DNA of 64,000 nucleotides, taken from assembly GCA_963663805.2 (NCBI GenBank), contig CAXXMR010000013.1, positions 192,001-256,000 on the forward strand, read 5' to 3'. The translations under genes were made by a program, and so were the position numbers. Each line of letters opens with the position of its first letter. The stretch's first letter is position 1. Shown here in pieces: positions 11,263-20,839 of the stretch. The stretch comes from Sedimentisphaerales bacterium. Lineage in GTDB: Bacteria; Planctomycetota; Phycisphaerae; Sedimentisphaerales; SM23-30. The notes under the pieces are model-generated. The model was not told the origin of the DNA. It did not search any database and saw only the letters and a program-made list of their open reading frames with translations.

Positions 11263-11673
11263 TCATCCTTGCATTTGCTTGTCAATTATTTTACATATTT
11301 TTTCTGGACTCTTAGTTTCACATTCCCAAATCACAATGACTTTCCATCCAAGCTTTTTGAGCTCTTTTCTGTTTGCCTGATCTTTTTGGATATTTCGTTC
11401 AAATTTTGGAACCCAGTAATCCTGGTTCACAGATGGAGTTGTGCATCGTTTGCACCCTTTATGTCGATGCCAGTAGCATCCGTGAACAAAAACCACGGTT
11501 TTGTATTTTGGCAGAACGATATCCGGTTTACCAGGCAAATCCTTTTGGTGAAGCCGAAATCGATATCCCATCCGATACAACATAGAACGAACAAGTAATT
11601 CAGGCTTTGTGTTTTTACTGCGAATCCTGGACATATTCCAGCTTCGCCTTTCTTTTGTAATATGATCGGCCAC
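11263..11673 (-). CDS. vsr: Very short patch repair endonuclease
   Basis: RSWNMSRIRSKNTKPE, LPGKPDIV, FVHGCYWHRH and IWEC motifs; convergent with the C5 MTase. Confidence 0.95.
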   Translation of the reverse strand: MADHITKERRSWNMSRIRSKNTKPELLVRSMLYRMGYRFRLHQKDLPGKPDIVLPKYKTVVFVHGCYWHRHKGCKRCTTPSVNQDYWVPKFERNIQKDQANRKELKKLGWKVIVIWECETKSPEKICKIIDKQMQG

Positions 11674-11954
11674 AACTGCATTTTATCAAATACGTCATAA
11701 TATTCAATCACCAAATGAACTGACTCATACCCAGAATTACATTGTTAAAAAAGCCAATATATCCTTTCCGTGTGTGTGTTTTCGTTATTCAAAGGCACAG
11801 CGAGGATACGGGCATGAATCGCACGGAAACCTTAGATGTCAAGGGGCGCTCAAAACCGGCCAGTGATGGGCGCTTGAAAACCGGCCAGAATTGAATAGTT
11901 GATATGTTTGTCTTTGTTAATCTGGGTAAAAACTCAGGTTGACAGGGGCACAAA

Positions 11955-13565
11955 ATGGCGAACTATTTGACGATGGCACAGGTACAAACGGCAGTTGATC
12001 TCAAGGCCCGCGGCTGGTCTAACCGTCGTATTCAGCGGGAGTTAGGCATTCATCGGGATACGGTGGCCCGCTATTGGGCTCTTCGGCAGCGGCAAAACCG
12101 TGATGGTGACTGCCCGGACGACACATTAGCTCCTCCGGCTGTCGAATCGGTTCCGGCGGCTTGCGACGGGGCGCCCCCCGGGGGTTCAAAACCGGCCAAG
12201 GCGCCCCCCGGCTCTGAGGCTGATTCTATCCCGGTTCCCCCTGGTTCGACCAGTCAGTGCGTCCGGTACCACGAACTGATCGTGCCCATGGTTCAGCGGG
12301 AATTATCGGCTCAGCGGATTTATCAGGACCTGACGGCTGACCATGATTTTTCCGGCAGCTACTACAGTGTGCGACGTTACGTCGGCAAGCTGCGTCATGC
12401 CAATCCTCTGCCGTTCCGCCGCCTGGAGTGTTCACCGGGCCTGGAAGCTCAGATCGATTTCGGCACGGCCCGCTACATCCCCATGCCCAACGGCAAACGT
12501 AAAAAGAGTTATGTTTTCCGTATCGTCCTGAGCTGTTCCCGCAAAGCTTACAGTGAAACGGTATTCCATCAGAGTACCGACAGCTTTCTGCGCTGCCTGG
12601 AAAATGCCTTCTGGTATTTCGGCGGGGTACCGCAGACTATTGTAATCGACAATCTCAAGGCCGCGGTAACCCGGGCCGACTGGTATGACCCGGAGATCGT
12701 ACCCCGGGTGCAGTCTTTCTGTCTTCATTACGGCACGGCCATCCTGCCCACCAAGCCATATATGCCGCGTCACAAAGGCAAGATCGAAAACGGCATCAAT
12801 TATGTTCAGGACAATGCCTTGAAAGGCAGAGATTTTGATTGTCTGAATGAGCAGAACACCCATCTTCTTCACTGGGAACAGAACATTGCCGATAAACGTA
12901 TTCACGGCACCACCCGTCAGCAGGTCGAAAAGGTTTTTCAGGAAGTCGAAAAGCCGGCCCTGCAGCCTTTGCCGGAAGGTTATTTCCCCTCCTTCACCGA
13001 AGCCAAACGCAGCGTCCATCGCGACGGTTATATAGAAGTTGACAAAGCATATTACTCGGCTCCGCCGGAATTTGTCGGCCATAAAGTCTGGGTGCGATGG
13101 GACGGCCGTCTGGTGCGGGTATTCAACAGTAAAATGGAGCAGATCGCGCTGCACAGCAAAGTCGAACCGGGCCGATTCCAGACTGACCGACGGCATATCC
13201 ATGCCCATAAACAGAGCAAAATCGAAAAAGGGGCTCAATGGCTGATCCAGAGGACAGCCCTGCTCGGCAAGCACAGCCATCAATGGGCCAGGCAGCTGTT
13301 TGAAATTCGGGGTGTAACCGGCCAAAGAGCGATTCTGGGCTTATTGAGTCTGAGCGGCAAATATTCGCCTAAGCAAATAGATGAAGCCTGCCGCAAAGCT
13401 CTCCGTCACGGAGCCTGGCGTTTGCAAACGGTTCGTAAAATACTGGACCAGGATATCCCGGATCAGCAGATGATGGATTTTATCGATGAACATCCCATTA
13501 TTCGCGGCCTGGATGATTATCAGGACTTCGTTACTCTGGCGGCCGGGAACGACCAGGAATATTAA
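11955..13565 (+). CDS. istA: IS21 transposase
   Basis: N-terminal HTH; DDE core QIDF...DNLKAAV...KGKIE; RIHGTT motif. Confidence 0.95.
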   Translation: MANYLTMAQVQTAVDLKARGWSNRRIQRELGIHRDTVARYWALRQRQNRDGDCPDDTLAPPAVESVPAACDGAPPGGSKPAKAPPGSEADSIPVPPGSTSQCVRYHELIVPMVQRELSAQRIYQDLTADHDFSGSYYSVRRYVGKLRHANPLPFRRLECSPGLEAQIDFGTARYIPMPNGKRKKSYVFRIVLSCSRKAYSETVFHQSTDSFLRCLENAFWYFGGVPQTIVIDNLKAAVTRADWYDPEIVPRVQSFCLHYGTAILPTKPYMPRHKGKIENGINYVQDNALKGRDFDCLNEQNTHLLHWEQNIADKRIHGTTRQQVEKVFQEVEKPALQPLPEGYFPSFTEAKRSVHRDGYIEVDKAYYSAPPEFVGHKVWVRWDGRLVRVFNSKMEQIALHSKVEPGRFQTDRRHIHAHKQSKIEKGAQWLIQRTALLGKHSHQWARQLFEIRGVTGQRAILGLLSLSGKYSPKQIDEACRKALRHGAWRLQTVRKILDQDIPDQQMMDFIDEHPIIRGLDDYQDFVTLAAGNDQEY

Positions 13566-13693
13566 GGAGGCCTGCGGCAACTATTTTTACCTGGGGCTCT
13601 GCCCCAAACCCTGACATTTAACCTCCGCCTTTGGGCGAGAAAAAGATAACGAAATGTTATGGCTTTACTAACCTTCAAATCAGGAGTACGAAC

Positions 13694-14458
13694 ATGCAGG
13701 AATCATTGCGGGCGGCATTGAAGAAATTACGATTGTCAGGCCTGGCTTCATCTCTGGAGATACGCATCCAGGAAGCGGTGGGCAACAAATTGGCTTACGA
13801 GCAGTTTTTGGAACTGATCTTGCAGGATGAACTTTTCGTCAGAGATGAACGGCTGATGCAGAGAAGAATCAAGCAGGCCGGTTTTCGAGAACTGAAAACC
13901 CTGGAAGACTTCAATTGGCAGTTCAACAATACCATCAAGCGAAAACAGATTTATGATTTTGCCGCCGGAAAGTTTATCCGCCAGGGCAGTGATATATTGT
14001 TCCTGGGACCGCCGGGCACCGGAAAAAGCCACCTGGTCCAGGCTCTGGGCTATCAGGCCATTAAGAACGGCCATACGGTCCGCTATCGCTCGATCTTCGA
14101 TCTGGTACGGGATTTTATGCAGGATGAGGCCCTGGGCCAGATAGACAAGGTCCTGGCGAAATATCTCAAAGCGGACCTGCTGATAATCGATGATATGGGC
14201 ATGAAGCAATTGCCCCGCAACAGCGGCGAGTATCTTTTTGAGGTGATTATGCGCAGGTACGAAGTCCGTTCAACCATCATGACCAGCAACCGACCCCTGG
14301 AAGACTGGGGCAAACTCCTCGGCGATGTGCCCTCGGCCACCGCCATCCTGGACCGATTCCTGCACCATTGCGAATTAGTGCAGATTACCGGCAGAAGCTA
14401 TCGCCTGAAGAACCAGAAAAAGCAGGACCAAGAGAATAATCCCAAAAACGACAATTAA
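13694..14458 (+). CDS. istB: IS21 helper AAA+ ATPase
   Basis: GPPGTGKSHL, LLIIDD, TSN and AILDRFLHH motifs; AGGAG SD before ATG at 13694. Confidence 0.95.
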   Translation: MQESLRAALKKLRLSGLASSLEIRIQEAVGNKLAYEQFLELILQDELFVRDERLMQRRIKQAGFRELKTLEDFNWQFNNTIKRKQIYDFAAGKFIRQGSDILFLGPPGTGKSHLVQALGYQAIKNGHTVRYRSIFDLVRDFMQDEALGQIDKVLAKYLKADLLIIDDMGMKQLPRNSGEYLFEVIMRRYEVRSTIMTSNRPLEDWGKLLGDVPSATAILDRFLHHCELVQITGRSYRLKNQKKQDQENNPKNDN

Positions 14459-14562
14459 CGCTTGAAAAACACCCCGGAGAAAACTATAAAACCTTAATCA
14501 AAGTGGCCGGTTTTGCAGCGCCCCAAAGTGGCCGGTTTTCAGGCGCCCAATGACACCTTAGA

Positions 14563-16236
14563 CCCGCATTTCCCAAATAAATCCGTACAAAAAAGTAAGA
14601 TTTTAATAGTATAGGGCTTATGGATTCTGTTTACAACAGTTTTTGTGTTCAGATTTGGAGAACCCAATGGGTGAAGCCAAAAAGGATGCTCTGAGAGTCA
14701 ATTTTGACAACAAATTGAAGCTCGAATTTCATGGAGTGAAAGTCACCAGTGACGCAGGTTTATTAGCGTATCGAGAAATCGATGATGCATTCGGATTGAT
14801 AGAAATGACAGCATGTACACTAACAGACAATCGAATCGGCAAAAACACACAGCACAGCCTTGCTGCGTTGTTACGTCAGTCGGTGTACAGTCGTCTGGCA
14901 GGTTATGAAGACACCAACGATGCTGAACGATTATCGGTTGATCCTGCTATGCGTCATGTTGTCGGTGAACGAGCAAAGTATAAGACAGCAGCTTCTGTCA
15001 GTCAGATGGGACGGTTTGAAACCGAGATTCTCACACAGCCCAGAAACCTGAAAGCATTGATAAACCAAACAGGGAAATGGGTTGATGAAGTGCATCAGCA
15101 AAAGTCTACCAAAGAGATTATTCTCGACATGGACAGTTCAGACAGTCCGACCTTTGGAAAGCAAGAGGGTTCTGCCTACAACGGTCATTTCGGTTATACT
15201 TGTTATCATCCTTTGTTCGTATTCAATCAGTTTGGCGATATTGAAAGAGCATTACTTCGCAATGGTAATTTCTACAGCAGCGATGATTGGAAAAGTGTAT
15301 TGGAACCGATTATTAAACGGTATCAGGACAAAGACATTATCCGTTATTTTCGTGGTGATGCGGCTTTTGCCAATCCTGATATTTACCGCCTGCTTGAAGC
15401 AGAAGGCTATTACTATGCGATACGGCTAAAGGGCAATAATATACTCCAGAGCCACATTGAACACCTTTTGACACGCCACGTAGGTCGCCCCCCCAAAGAG
15501 CCAATTGTTCAATATCACAGTTTTCGATACCAAGCAGCCAGTTGGGAAATAGACAGAAGAGTTGTTGCGAAAGTGGAATGGCACGCAGATCAGTTATTTC
15601 CAAGCGTTGGTTTTATCGTGACCAATCTTCGCTGGAAACACAGCAATGTCGTCAAGTTTTATAACAAGCGTGGCACAGCAGAGCAGTGGATTAAGGAAGG
15701 CAAGTATGCATTGAAATGGACACGTCTGTCTTGCCATGATTTTGATGATAATCAGGTTCGGCTGCAATTGTTCTGTATGGCATATAATATTGGCAACTTC
15801 CTGCGTCGGTTGGCACTGCCCAAGTCAATCAATGACTGGTCACTGCGAACCATGCGGGAAAAACTGGTTAAGATAGGAGCCAAGGTTGTCAGCCACGCCC
15901 GGTATGTAACCTTCCAAATGGCAGAGGTGCTGGTGTCAAGATCGCTGTTTTATGAGATTCTGGATAGAATCAAACGATTGAAGCTGCTGCCGAGTGGATA
16001 AATGATACTGATAAATGCTGAAAAACCTGATTTTATGAACACCAGAGCAGTCAAGGTCTGTCAAAAAATGAGGTCTGTAAGTGGTCAGGCGTATGAGAAA
16101 CCGTATATTTACAGAATTTTGAGGAAAACCGTGCATGGAATGAAATATTCTTGACCTTGCGGTAGTGAATTTTGTAGAATTGTAGATCACGTTAGAAGAA
16201 ATTATGTTTTTCAACTGTATAAATGGGAAATGTCAG
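14563..16236 (+). mobile_element. IS1380-family insertion sequence
   Basis: Imperfect terminal IRs CCCGCATTTCCCA / TGGGAAATGTCAG around the transposase; no clear target duplication. Confidence 0.75.
14667..16001 (+). CDS. IS1380 DDE transposase
   Basis: TSDAGLL, GYEDTNDA, LDMDSS, RGDAAF and FYNKRGTAEQWIKEGK motifs. Confidence 0.93.
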   Translation: MGEAKKDALRVNFDNKLKLEFHGVKVTSDAGLLAYREIDDAFGLIEMTACTLTDNRIGKNTQHSLAALLRQSVYSRLAGYEDTNDAERLSVDPAMRHVVGERAKYKTAASVSQMGRFETEILTQPRNLKALINQTGKWVDEVHQQKSTKEIILDMDSSDSPTFGKQEGSAYNGHFGYTCYHPLFVFNQFGDIERALLRNGNFYSSDDWKSVLEPIIKRYQDKDIIRYFRGDAAFANPDIYRLLEAEGYYYAIRLKGNNILQSHIEHLLTRHVGRPPKEPIVQYHSFRYQAASWEIDRRVVAKVEWHADQLFPSVGFIVTNLRWKHSNVVKFYNKRGTAEQWIKEGKYALKWTRLSCHDFDDNQVRLQLFCMAYNIGNFLRRLALPKSINDWSLRTMREKLVKIGAKVVSHARYVTFQMAEVLVSRSLFYEILDRIKRLKLLPSG

Positions 16237-16682
16237 ATATATAAAACTTGAACAATCCGCATTAGAATAAATGTTTTTCTTTGGTTTTCAGTTGGCGGAT
16301 TCTTTCGTTAACGTGCTGTTATTACTGATTTTAGCGGTCGCGGAGTTAGTGCGGGCAAGTTTGGCTGAGGTTGGCATAGTCATCGCTCGGTGACAGCTCC
16401 AAATCACCAAGGACTCTATTAAAAGAGTGGATCGTTTCATCGGATATTATTGGGTTGAACCCGCAGAAGGAATGCGAGTAGTTGTCAGATGATTATGTTA
16501 AAACCGGAAAAGGATTGTTGGCAGGATTGAGATTTGAAGTATCTTTCAGCACTATATTATAGGAGGTCCCAGATCAATCCCCGCACATAGTGAATTTGTA
16601 ATCATACCAAAAGAGTAGAATAAGCGTTCTTTGAATTATTACCTTATTTGGATAAAGAATACAGCTGTAGCTAACTCGTTAG

Positions 16683-16711
16683 AAAAATCGCGGTCAGAAA
16701 GTCGACCGCGA
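16683..16711 (-). terminator. Intrinsic terminator ending the Ubl/E1 operon
   Basis: TCGCGGTC-loop-GACCGCGA stem followed by TTTTT on the minus strand, just after the E1 stop. Confidence 0.75.
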
Positions 16712-16729
16712 GGTAAAGAATCAAGAATT

Positions 16730-17389
16730 CTAAGTAAGTTCCATAGCCAGCAGATTCATCTGAATGTCACTTTCTATGGGTAGATTTCGCAACCACTTGG
16801 TGAACTGACTCAGCATGAATCCCGCGGCTATATTGGCGGTGTATATGGTAGTTTTCGCAGTGCAGGTTCCCGTATAGGCCTCTTCAGGAGTGAAAAGAGT
16901 GGTTGGATAGTGCTGACGAGAATCTGAATCGCAGGCGGTGAGGATACGCAGAACTTCCGCTGACATCCGACCATCGACAAAGAAGCTTACTTGAGATTCT
17001 ACCGCCTGCCAGATCAACTGGCGGCTAGCGATCTTATCCACCGCACAGAATATGACATTGCCGATCTCCTGACCCCGGCGAAAACGCTGCGCTTCACAGA
17101 ATATCTCCAGTCTCGGATTGATCTGTTTGCATAATCGGGCGGTGGCGTCAACCTTAAGTTGGCCCAGGTCATCCTGGAGATAGCCCTGGCTGGCCAGGTT
17201 GCTTTCTTCGACCGTATCATAATCGATAAGCTGGAGCCAGGAGATACCCAGGGCCGCTAATTGCAGGGCGAGCTGTCGGCCAATGGCGCCTATTCCGATT
17301 GCCGTAGCCTGGCATTGAGCGAGCCGCTCTGGCGGAACGAGATCTTTCTGCCGGCTGTAACGTTCCGGCGTGGGTTCATAGTTTTTCAT
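16730..17389 (-). CDS. ThiF/E1-like adenylyltransferase
   Basis: RYSRQ, GIGAIG, DYDTVEESNL and K.DA motifs; candidate catalytic Cys in TGTCTAK. Confidence 0.9.
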   Translation of the reverse strand: MKNYEPTPERYSRQKDLVPPERLAQCQATAIGIGAIGRQLALQLAALGISWLQLIDYDTVEESNLASQGYLQDDLGQLKVDATARLCKQINPRLEIFCEAQRFRRGQEIGNVIFCAVDKIASRQLIWQAVESQVSFFVDGRMSAEVLRILTACDSDSRQHYPTTLFTPEEAYTGTCTAKTTIYTANIAAGFMLSQFTKWLRNLPIESDIQMNLLAMELT

Positions 17390-17409
17390 GATTGAATATC
17401 CTTTCGTTT

Positions 17410-17751
17410 TTATTCCTGTTTAAGGGCTTCGATAAGTGAATAGCCCATGTTACGTACAATCTGCTCCAGGGCCTCTTCCCGAGATGCCGCCTCGAAGGCT
17501 TCTTCATCTTCCAGGTAGCCCAAAAGCTCATTATAGAGCAGATATTTGACTTTCGGCTGGGGCTGGACCATGTCAAAGAAATGATGCTCATGATCTGGCA
17601 TTTTTTTGAGGGGCCTGCCTTGATCATCCTCATAATCAGAAGGTTCCCCGGCCGTGAATTCCTGCCGGACGCAAACATGCTTCGCCTCATCATTCTTCAC
17701 GAAGGTCTGGCTGACGAATCCCGGGGTGATTTTCACAAATTTGTCAATCAT
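17410..17751 (-). CDS. Hypothetical protein within the Ubl operon
   Basis: 113-aa ORF overlapping the JAB stop, GAGGTG SD. Confidence 0.7.
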   Translation of the reverse strand: MIDKFVKITPGFVSQTFVKNDEAKHVCVRQEFTAGEPSDYEDDQGRPLKKMPDHEHHFFDMVQPQPKVKYLLYNELLGYLEDEEAFEAASREEALEQIVRNMGYSLIEALKQE

Positions 17752-18439
17752 AGAACATCACCTCACTTTCATCTTCCCAGAGTTCCGGCCGTACGGAAAG
17801 TTCATCCATGACCGCCCGGCGTTCGGCCGGTTCCAGCTCTTCCAGCTGTTCGATGATATCCTGGGGCAGGCTGTACTCCACAAACTCACGCTCTTCATTG
17901 ATACCAAATGACCGCTTCTCGTGCGCCCAGTCGCTTACCTGTATATTAGCATCATATTCCGCCTGCCAGGCTTGATGGTCGCTGGCGGCAAAGGGTAAGC
18001 TGTAATCCACAAGGACGGGAATCTTGACTTCGCCACCGGGCCCGGTATTGAACCGCAGTCGGGCGTAGATTTCGCCTTCCTGGGCGACTATGCACATCAG
18101 GGCCCAGTCGCATCGGCCGAACACCCGCTCGAAAGTGCTCTCGTCGGTACTGCTGGGATGGGAACTGCCGCCGGGATGGGTGTGCAACCAGATCCGAAAG
18201 AACTGCTCCGGCTGGCGTCCGGCGTCTACCTGAACATCAAAGTAATCGGCGATAGCCTGGTCGTCCAGACTGATACTGGCAACGGAAGCTTCCTGCCGGA
18301 TAGTCTGAAATTCCCTGACACAGAGCAGATCATCCGGATCGCTTATACCGAAGCCGCTGATCTCGGTATCGCCCTGATCCCGAAAGTATATCAGTTTGGC
18401 CCAGGCACTTGGCGAAAAACGCAGCGCTGGTGGTGTCAT
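17744..18439 (-). CDS. JAB/MPN (JAMM) isopeptidase
   Basis: N-terminal E (TEISGFG) and [18 protein letters not shown] motif; likely start MTPPAL at 18439. Confidence 0.88.
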   Translation of the reverse strand: MTPPALRFSPSAWAKLIYFRDQGDTEISGFGISDPDDLLCVREFQTIRQEASVASISLDDQAIADYFDVQVDAGRQPEQFFRIWLHTHPGGSSHPSSTDESTFERVFGRCDWALMCIVAQEGEIYARLRFNTGPGGEVKIPVLVDYSLPFAASDHQAWQAEYDANIQVSDWAHEKRSFGINEEREFVEYSLPQDIIEQLEELEPAERRAVMDELSVRPELWEDESEVMFYD

Positions 18440-18449
18440 CCGCTTCTTC

Positions 18450-19454
18450 TCAGGCGACTTCGTTTTCTGCTGAGATGCTTTCTTCTTCATCAGAAGCCTC
18501 GCTTTCTTTTTTACAGGTGGGACACAGATCATCTTCCAGACACGATTCACATATCTCGGTATCACATTCAACACAGCTGGACAGGCAGCTTTCACAGTAA
18601 TCCAGCTCACAGACCGGGCAGGTCTTCAGGCAGCAGCGGCAGGCGGCGATATGACACTTAGCACAGCTGCTGAAACATTCACAGCAGAAATCATGATCGC
18701 AGATTTCACAATAATAATATTCATCACCATGAACGACATAGCCGCAGTCATAGCAGGCGATACCTTCCCAGTCGCTCAGAGCCACATAGGGTGATAAGGG
18801 GTTATAGGTCTGCAATACCGATTTGATCAGCAGGAAGGCATCACAGATACGTCCCGCGGCCAGGGCCTGCAGCAGGGAATTACCGGCATCGCCGGCACAG
18901 AGATATTCATCGTTGACATGCGGATGCGTCACACCTTCATTACCGGCCGCCGGGTGCGGATCCAGCGCTGCGATCCGGAATATACCGCAGTCCCGCAACT
19001 CATGCAGGCTGGCAATCTCCAGACGGATCTCAAAATCACCCAGGTAGATTCCTTCCAGCTCCACCGGTTCGGTAAATACCGAGAGGGTCAGTTTTTTAAG
19101 ATTACACTCGATTCGGCCAAACTCCTGCTCCAGCTGCGTAAGTTCCTCGACCAGCTGCCGCAGGGTCGGTATCTCAAACTGACAGTTATGCATCATCCTC
19201 AGTGTCTGGTCTATCGAAAAAGGCAGATCCCGCAGATTATTCTCCAGTCCCTGGCTAAGTTTCGCAGTTGCATTTGACCACTTGTGCTGCTGGCAGCCTT
19301 GCAGTTTCCGGTGATTTAGCAGCAGCATTTCCAGTTTATTGCCGACCAGGCCGGTCAGTCGCAGGACTTCACTGAGACGATACTGCCGCAGGTCAAGCAG
19401 CTGTTCCCGCAGCACCTGAGCTATGCGGATTTTATGTTTAACAGAGGTTTCCAT
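18450..19454 (-). CDS. Prokaryotic E2-like conjugating protein with C-terminal poly-CxxC region
   Basis: [14 protein letters not shown] resembles the E2 HPx..C signature; ten CxxC pairs at the C-terminus; lies between the Ubl and JAB genes. Confidence 0.72.
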   Translation of the reverse strand: METSVKHKIRIAQVLREQLLDLRQYRLSEVLRLTGLVGNKLEMLLLNHRKLQGCQQHKWSNATAKLSQGLENNLRDLPFSIDQTLRMMHNCQFEIPTLRQLVEELTQLEQEFGRIECNLKKLTLSVFTEPVELEGIYLGDFEIRLEIASLHELRDCGIFRIAALDPHPAAGNEGVTHPHVNDEYLCAGDAGNSLLQALAAGRICDAFLLIKSVLQTYNPLSPYVALSDWEGIACYDCGYVVHGDEYYYCEICDHDFCCECFSSCAKCHIAACRCCLKTCPVCELDYCESCLSSCVECDTEICESCLEDDLCPTCKKESEASDEEESISAENEVA

Positions 19455-19537
19455 AATGGTTCCTTTCCTTGAATAAGAAAGGACATCTGCACTCATAATA
19501 AGTACAGATGCCCCGTGATTTGTAAATATCAGATATC

Positions 19538-19759
19538 TTACCGAGCCCCCTCGATCTTCGTGGGAGTCGCGGTAACCCGATCGCCTTCCTGGAGACGATA
19601 GTCCCGCGCTACCGGCTGACGGTTGACCCGGATGAGATAATCTTCCGGCTGACGGCCGGGCAGCTGCTTGTGGAAAAACTGCTCTACCGTGGTGTTTTCG
19701 GCTATGTCCAGGTAATCGGCAAAACCGCCGAGGTCGTTGTTGATAAACAAAATCTTCAT
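19538..19759 (-). CDS. Ubiquitin-like beta-grasp protein (ThiS/MoaD-like)
   Basis: 73 aa; IRVNRQPV...[14 protein letters not shown] followed by the tail KIEGAR. Confidence 0.88.
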   Translation of the reverse strand: MKILFINNDLGGFADYLDIAENTTVEQFFHKQLPGRQPEDYLIRVNRQPVARDYRLQEGDRVTATPTKIEGAR

Positions 19760-19800
19760 GATATGTCCTTTCGTAAAAAATGAGCTATTAGCTTAATTGG

Positions 19801-19878
19801 TTATTGTTTGCCTTTCTTTTTTTCCCCGCGGGCAGTTCCAGACGGCGGACCGCGCGCAGAGATTCCGTATGTTTGCAT
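19801..19878 (-). CDS. Putative 25-aa small ORF (MQTYGISARGPPSGTARGEKKKGKQ)
   Basis: Manually read; has the same GAAAGG SD as the neighbouring genes. Confidence 0.4.
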   Translation of the reverse strand: MQTYGISARGPPSGTARGEKKKGKQ

Positions 19879-19987
19879 AATGAACCTTTCTAATAATTGG
19901 AGTTAAGAGATGCTTTTCGGCGGATCAGGCCAACGGTCGATAGGATTCTCTGCAAAACAACAGCAGAGCTTACGGCATTTCCGGGAA

Positions 19988-20839
19988 TTATGTTTTCTTT
20001 CGCCGGCTGAGGTCGATTCTGACCCGGTCACCCTGATTATTGATCACTTCCAGGACCGGAGGCAGGGCATCCGACTGGCTCATCATCTCATAGGCATTCC
20101 AGGCTGCTTGCGTGACATCGTCAGCCCCGACATCGATTACATACACTACCCGAAACAAATCCTTCTCATCCGGAGGGGCAGCAATCTGGTAATTCTTGGG
20201 GATGCTGGCGCCTTTCGCTTGCGGTGATAAATCACCCAGCTTTTCCGATAGGTTGTGCAATGCCTGCATCGGGTTTTCCGCCAGACTGAAAGTTACCGGC
20301 TGAGCTGCCTGAAAATCCAGCGGTCCTTGATAGGCCCAGGCTTCAAACGGCAATTCCGGATTTGCATCCTGCTGATTGCGACCCAGGACTATAAAACCTT
20401 GATCGTTCAGAAATTTGCTGATGAGATCAACTCCTGGCACCAGGTTGTCGTCATCCATATCAGGTTCGGCTTCGAAGATTTCCGCACCCAGCCGCTCATC
20501 ATGATCGGCCAGCCAGGAGGCCGCTGCGGAGATTTCATCAGGACCGGTGTAGTTTTCTTCCGTACGCAGATAATCGATCAAGCCCTGTTCGGCTCGCTCT
20601 TGACTGCTGTATGCCTGGGCGAAAGCGACCATACCCCGGTCGGCAATAGCCAGGACCCACAGCCGCTGCCGACGGGCAATACTTTCGCCCCGATGCAGAC
20701 CCCACCGGTATACTTCATGACAGCGGGGGCAAATGATACGCTTATTGTTCAATGATGCGGTGGCGAGTATTTCAACTGTAAAAACCGCCTGGGAATCACA
20801 TAAGGGATTTTGACATTTCTTCGTATTCATTATCATCAC
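19988..20839 (-). CDS. Hypothetical multi-module protein with N-terminal Cys pairs
   Basis: 283-aa ORF coupled (ATGA overlap) to the upstream gene. Confidence 0.7.
   Translation of the reverse strand: MMIMNTKKCQNPLCDSQAVFTVEILATASLNNKRIICPRCHEVYRWGLHRGESIARRQRLWVLAIADRGMVAFAQAYSSQERAEQGLIDYLRTEENYTGPDEISAAASWLADHDERLGAEIFEAEPDMDDDNLVPGVDLISKFLNDQGFIVLGRNQQDANPELPFEAWAYQGPLDFQAAQPVTFSLAENPMQALHNLSEKLGDLSPQAKGASIPKNYQIAAPPDEKDLFRVVYVIDVGADDVTQAAWNAYEMMSQSDALPPVLEVINNQGDRVRIDLSRRKKT

Larger units (their letters stand above)
11837..14555 (+). mobile_element. IS21-family insertion sequence with a 7-bp target duplication
   Basis: Ends are TGTCA...TGACA with tandem (GGGCGC)..AAAACCGGCCA repeats at both ends; CCTTAGA is duplicated at 11830-11836 and 14556-14562; encodes istA and istB. 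Confidence 0.95.

Noticed and set aside
12432..13325. 297-aa antisense ORF within istA, and similar long shadow ORFs across GC-rich genes
   Set aside because: Fully overlap well-supported genes on the opposite strand and lack motifs.
14556..16245. Target-site duplication for IS1380
   Set aside because: Flanks (TAGA vs ATAT) do not match; ends inferred from IRs only.
18440..18610. N-terminal extension of the JAB ORF
   Set aside because: Overlaps the Cys-rich tail of the E2-like gene; the real start is likely 18439.
16730..19759. Thiamine/molybdopterin biosynthesis operon (thiF-thiS)
   Set aside because: No thiG, moaE or cysteine desulfurase nearby; the E2-like and JAB genes indicate conjugation instead.
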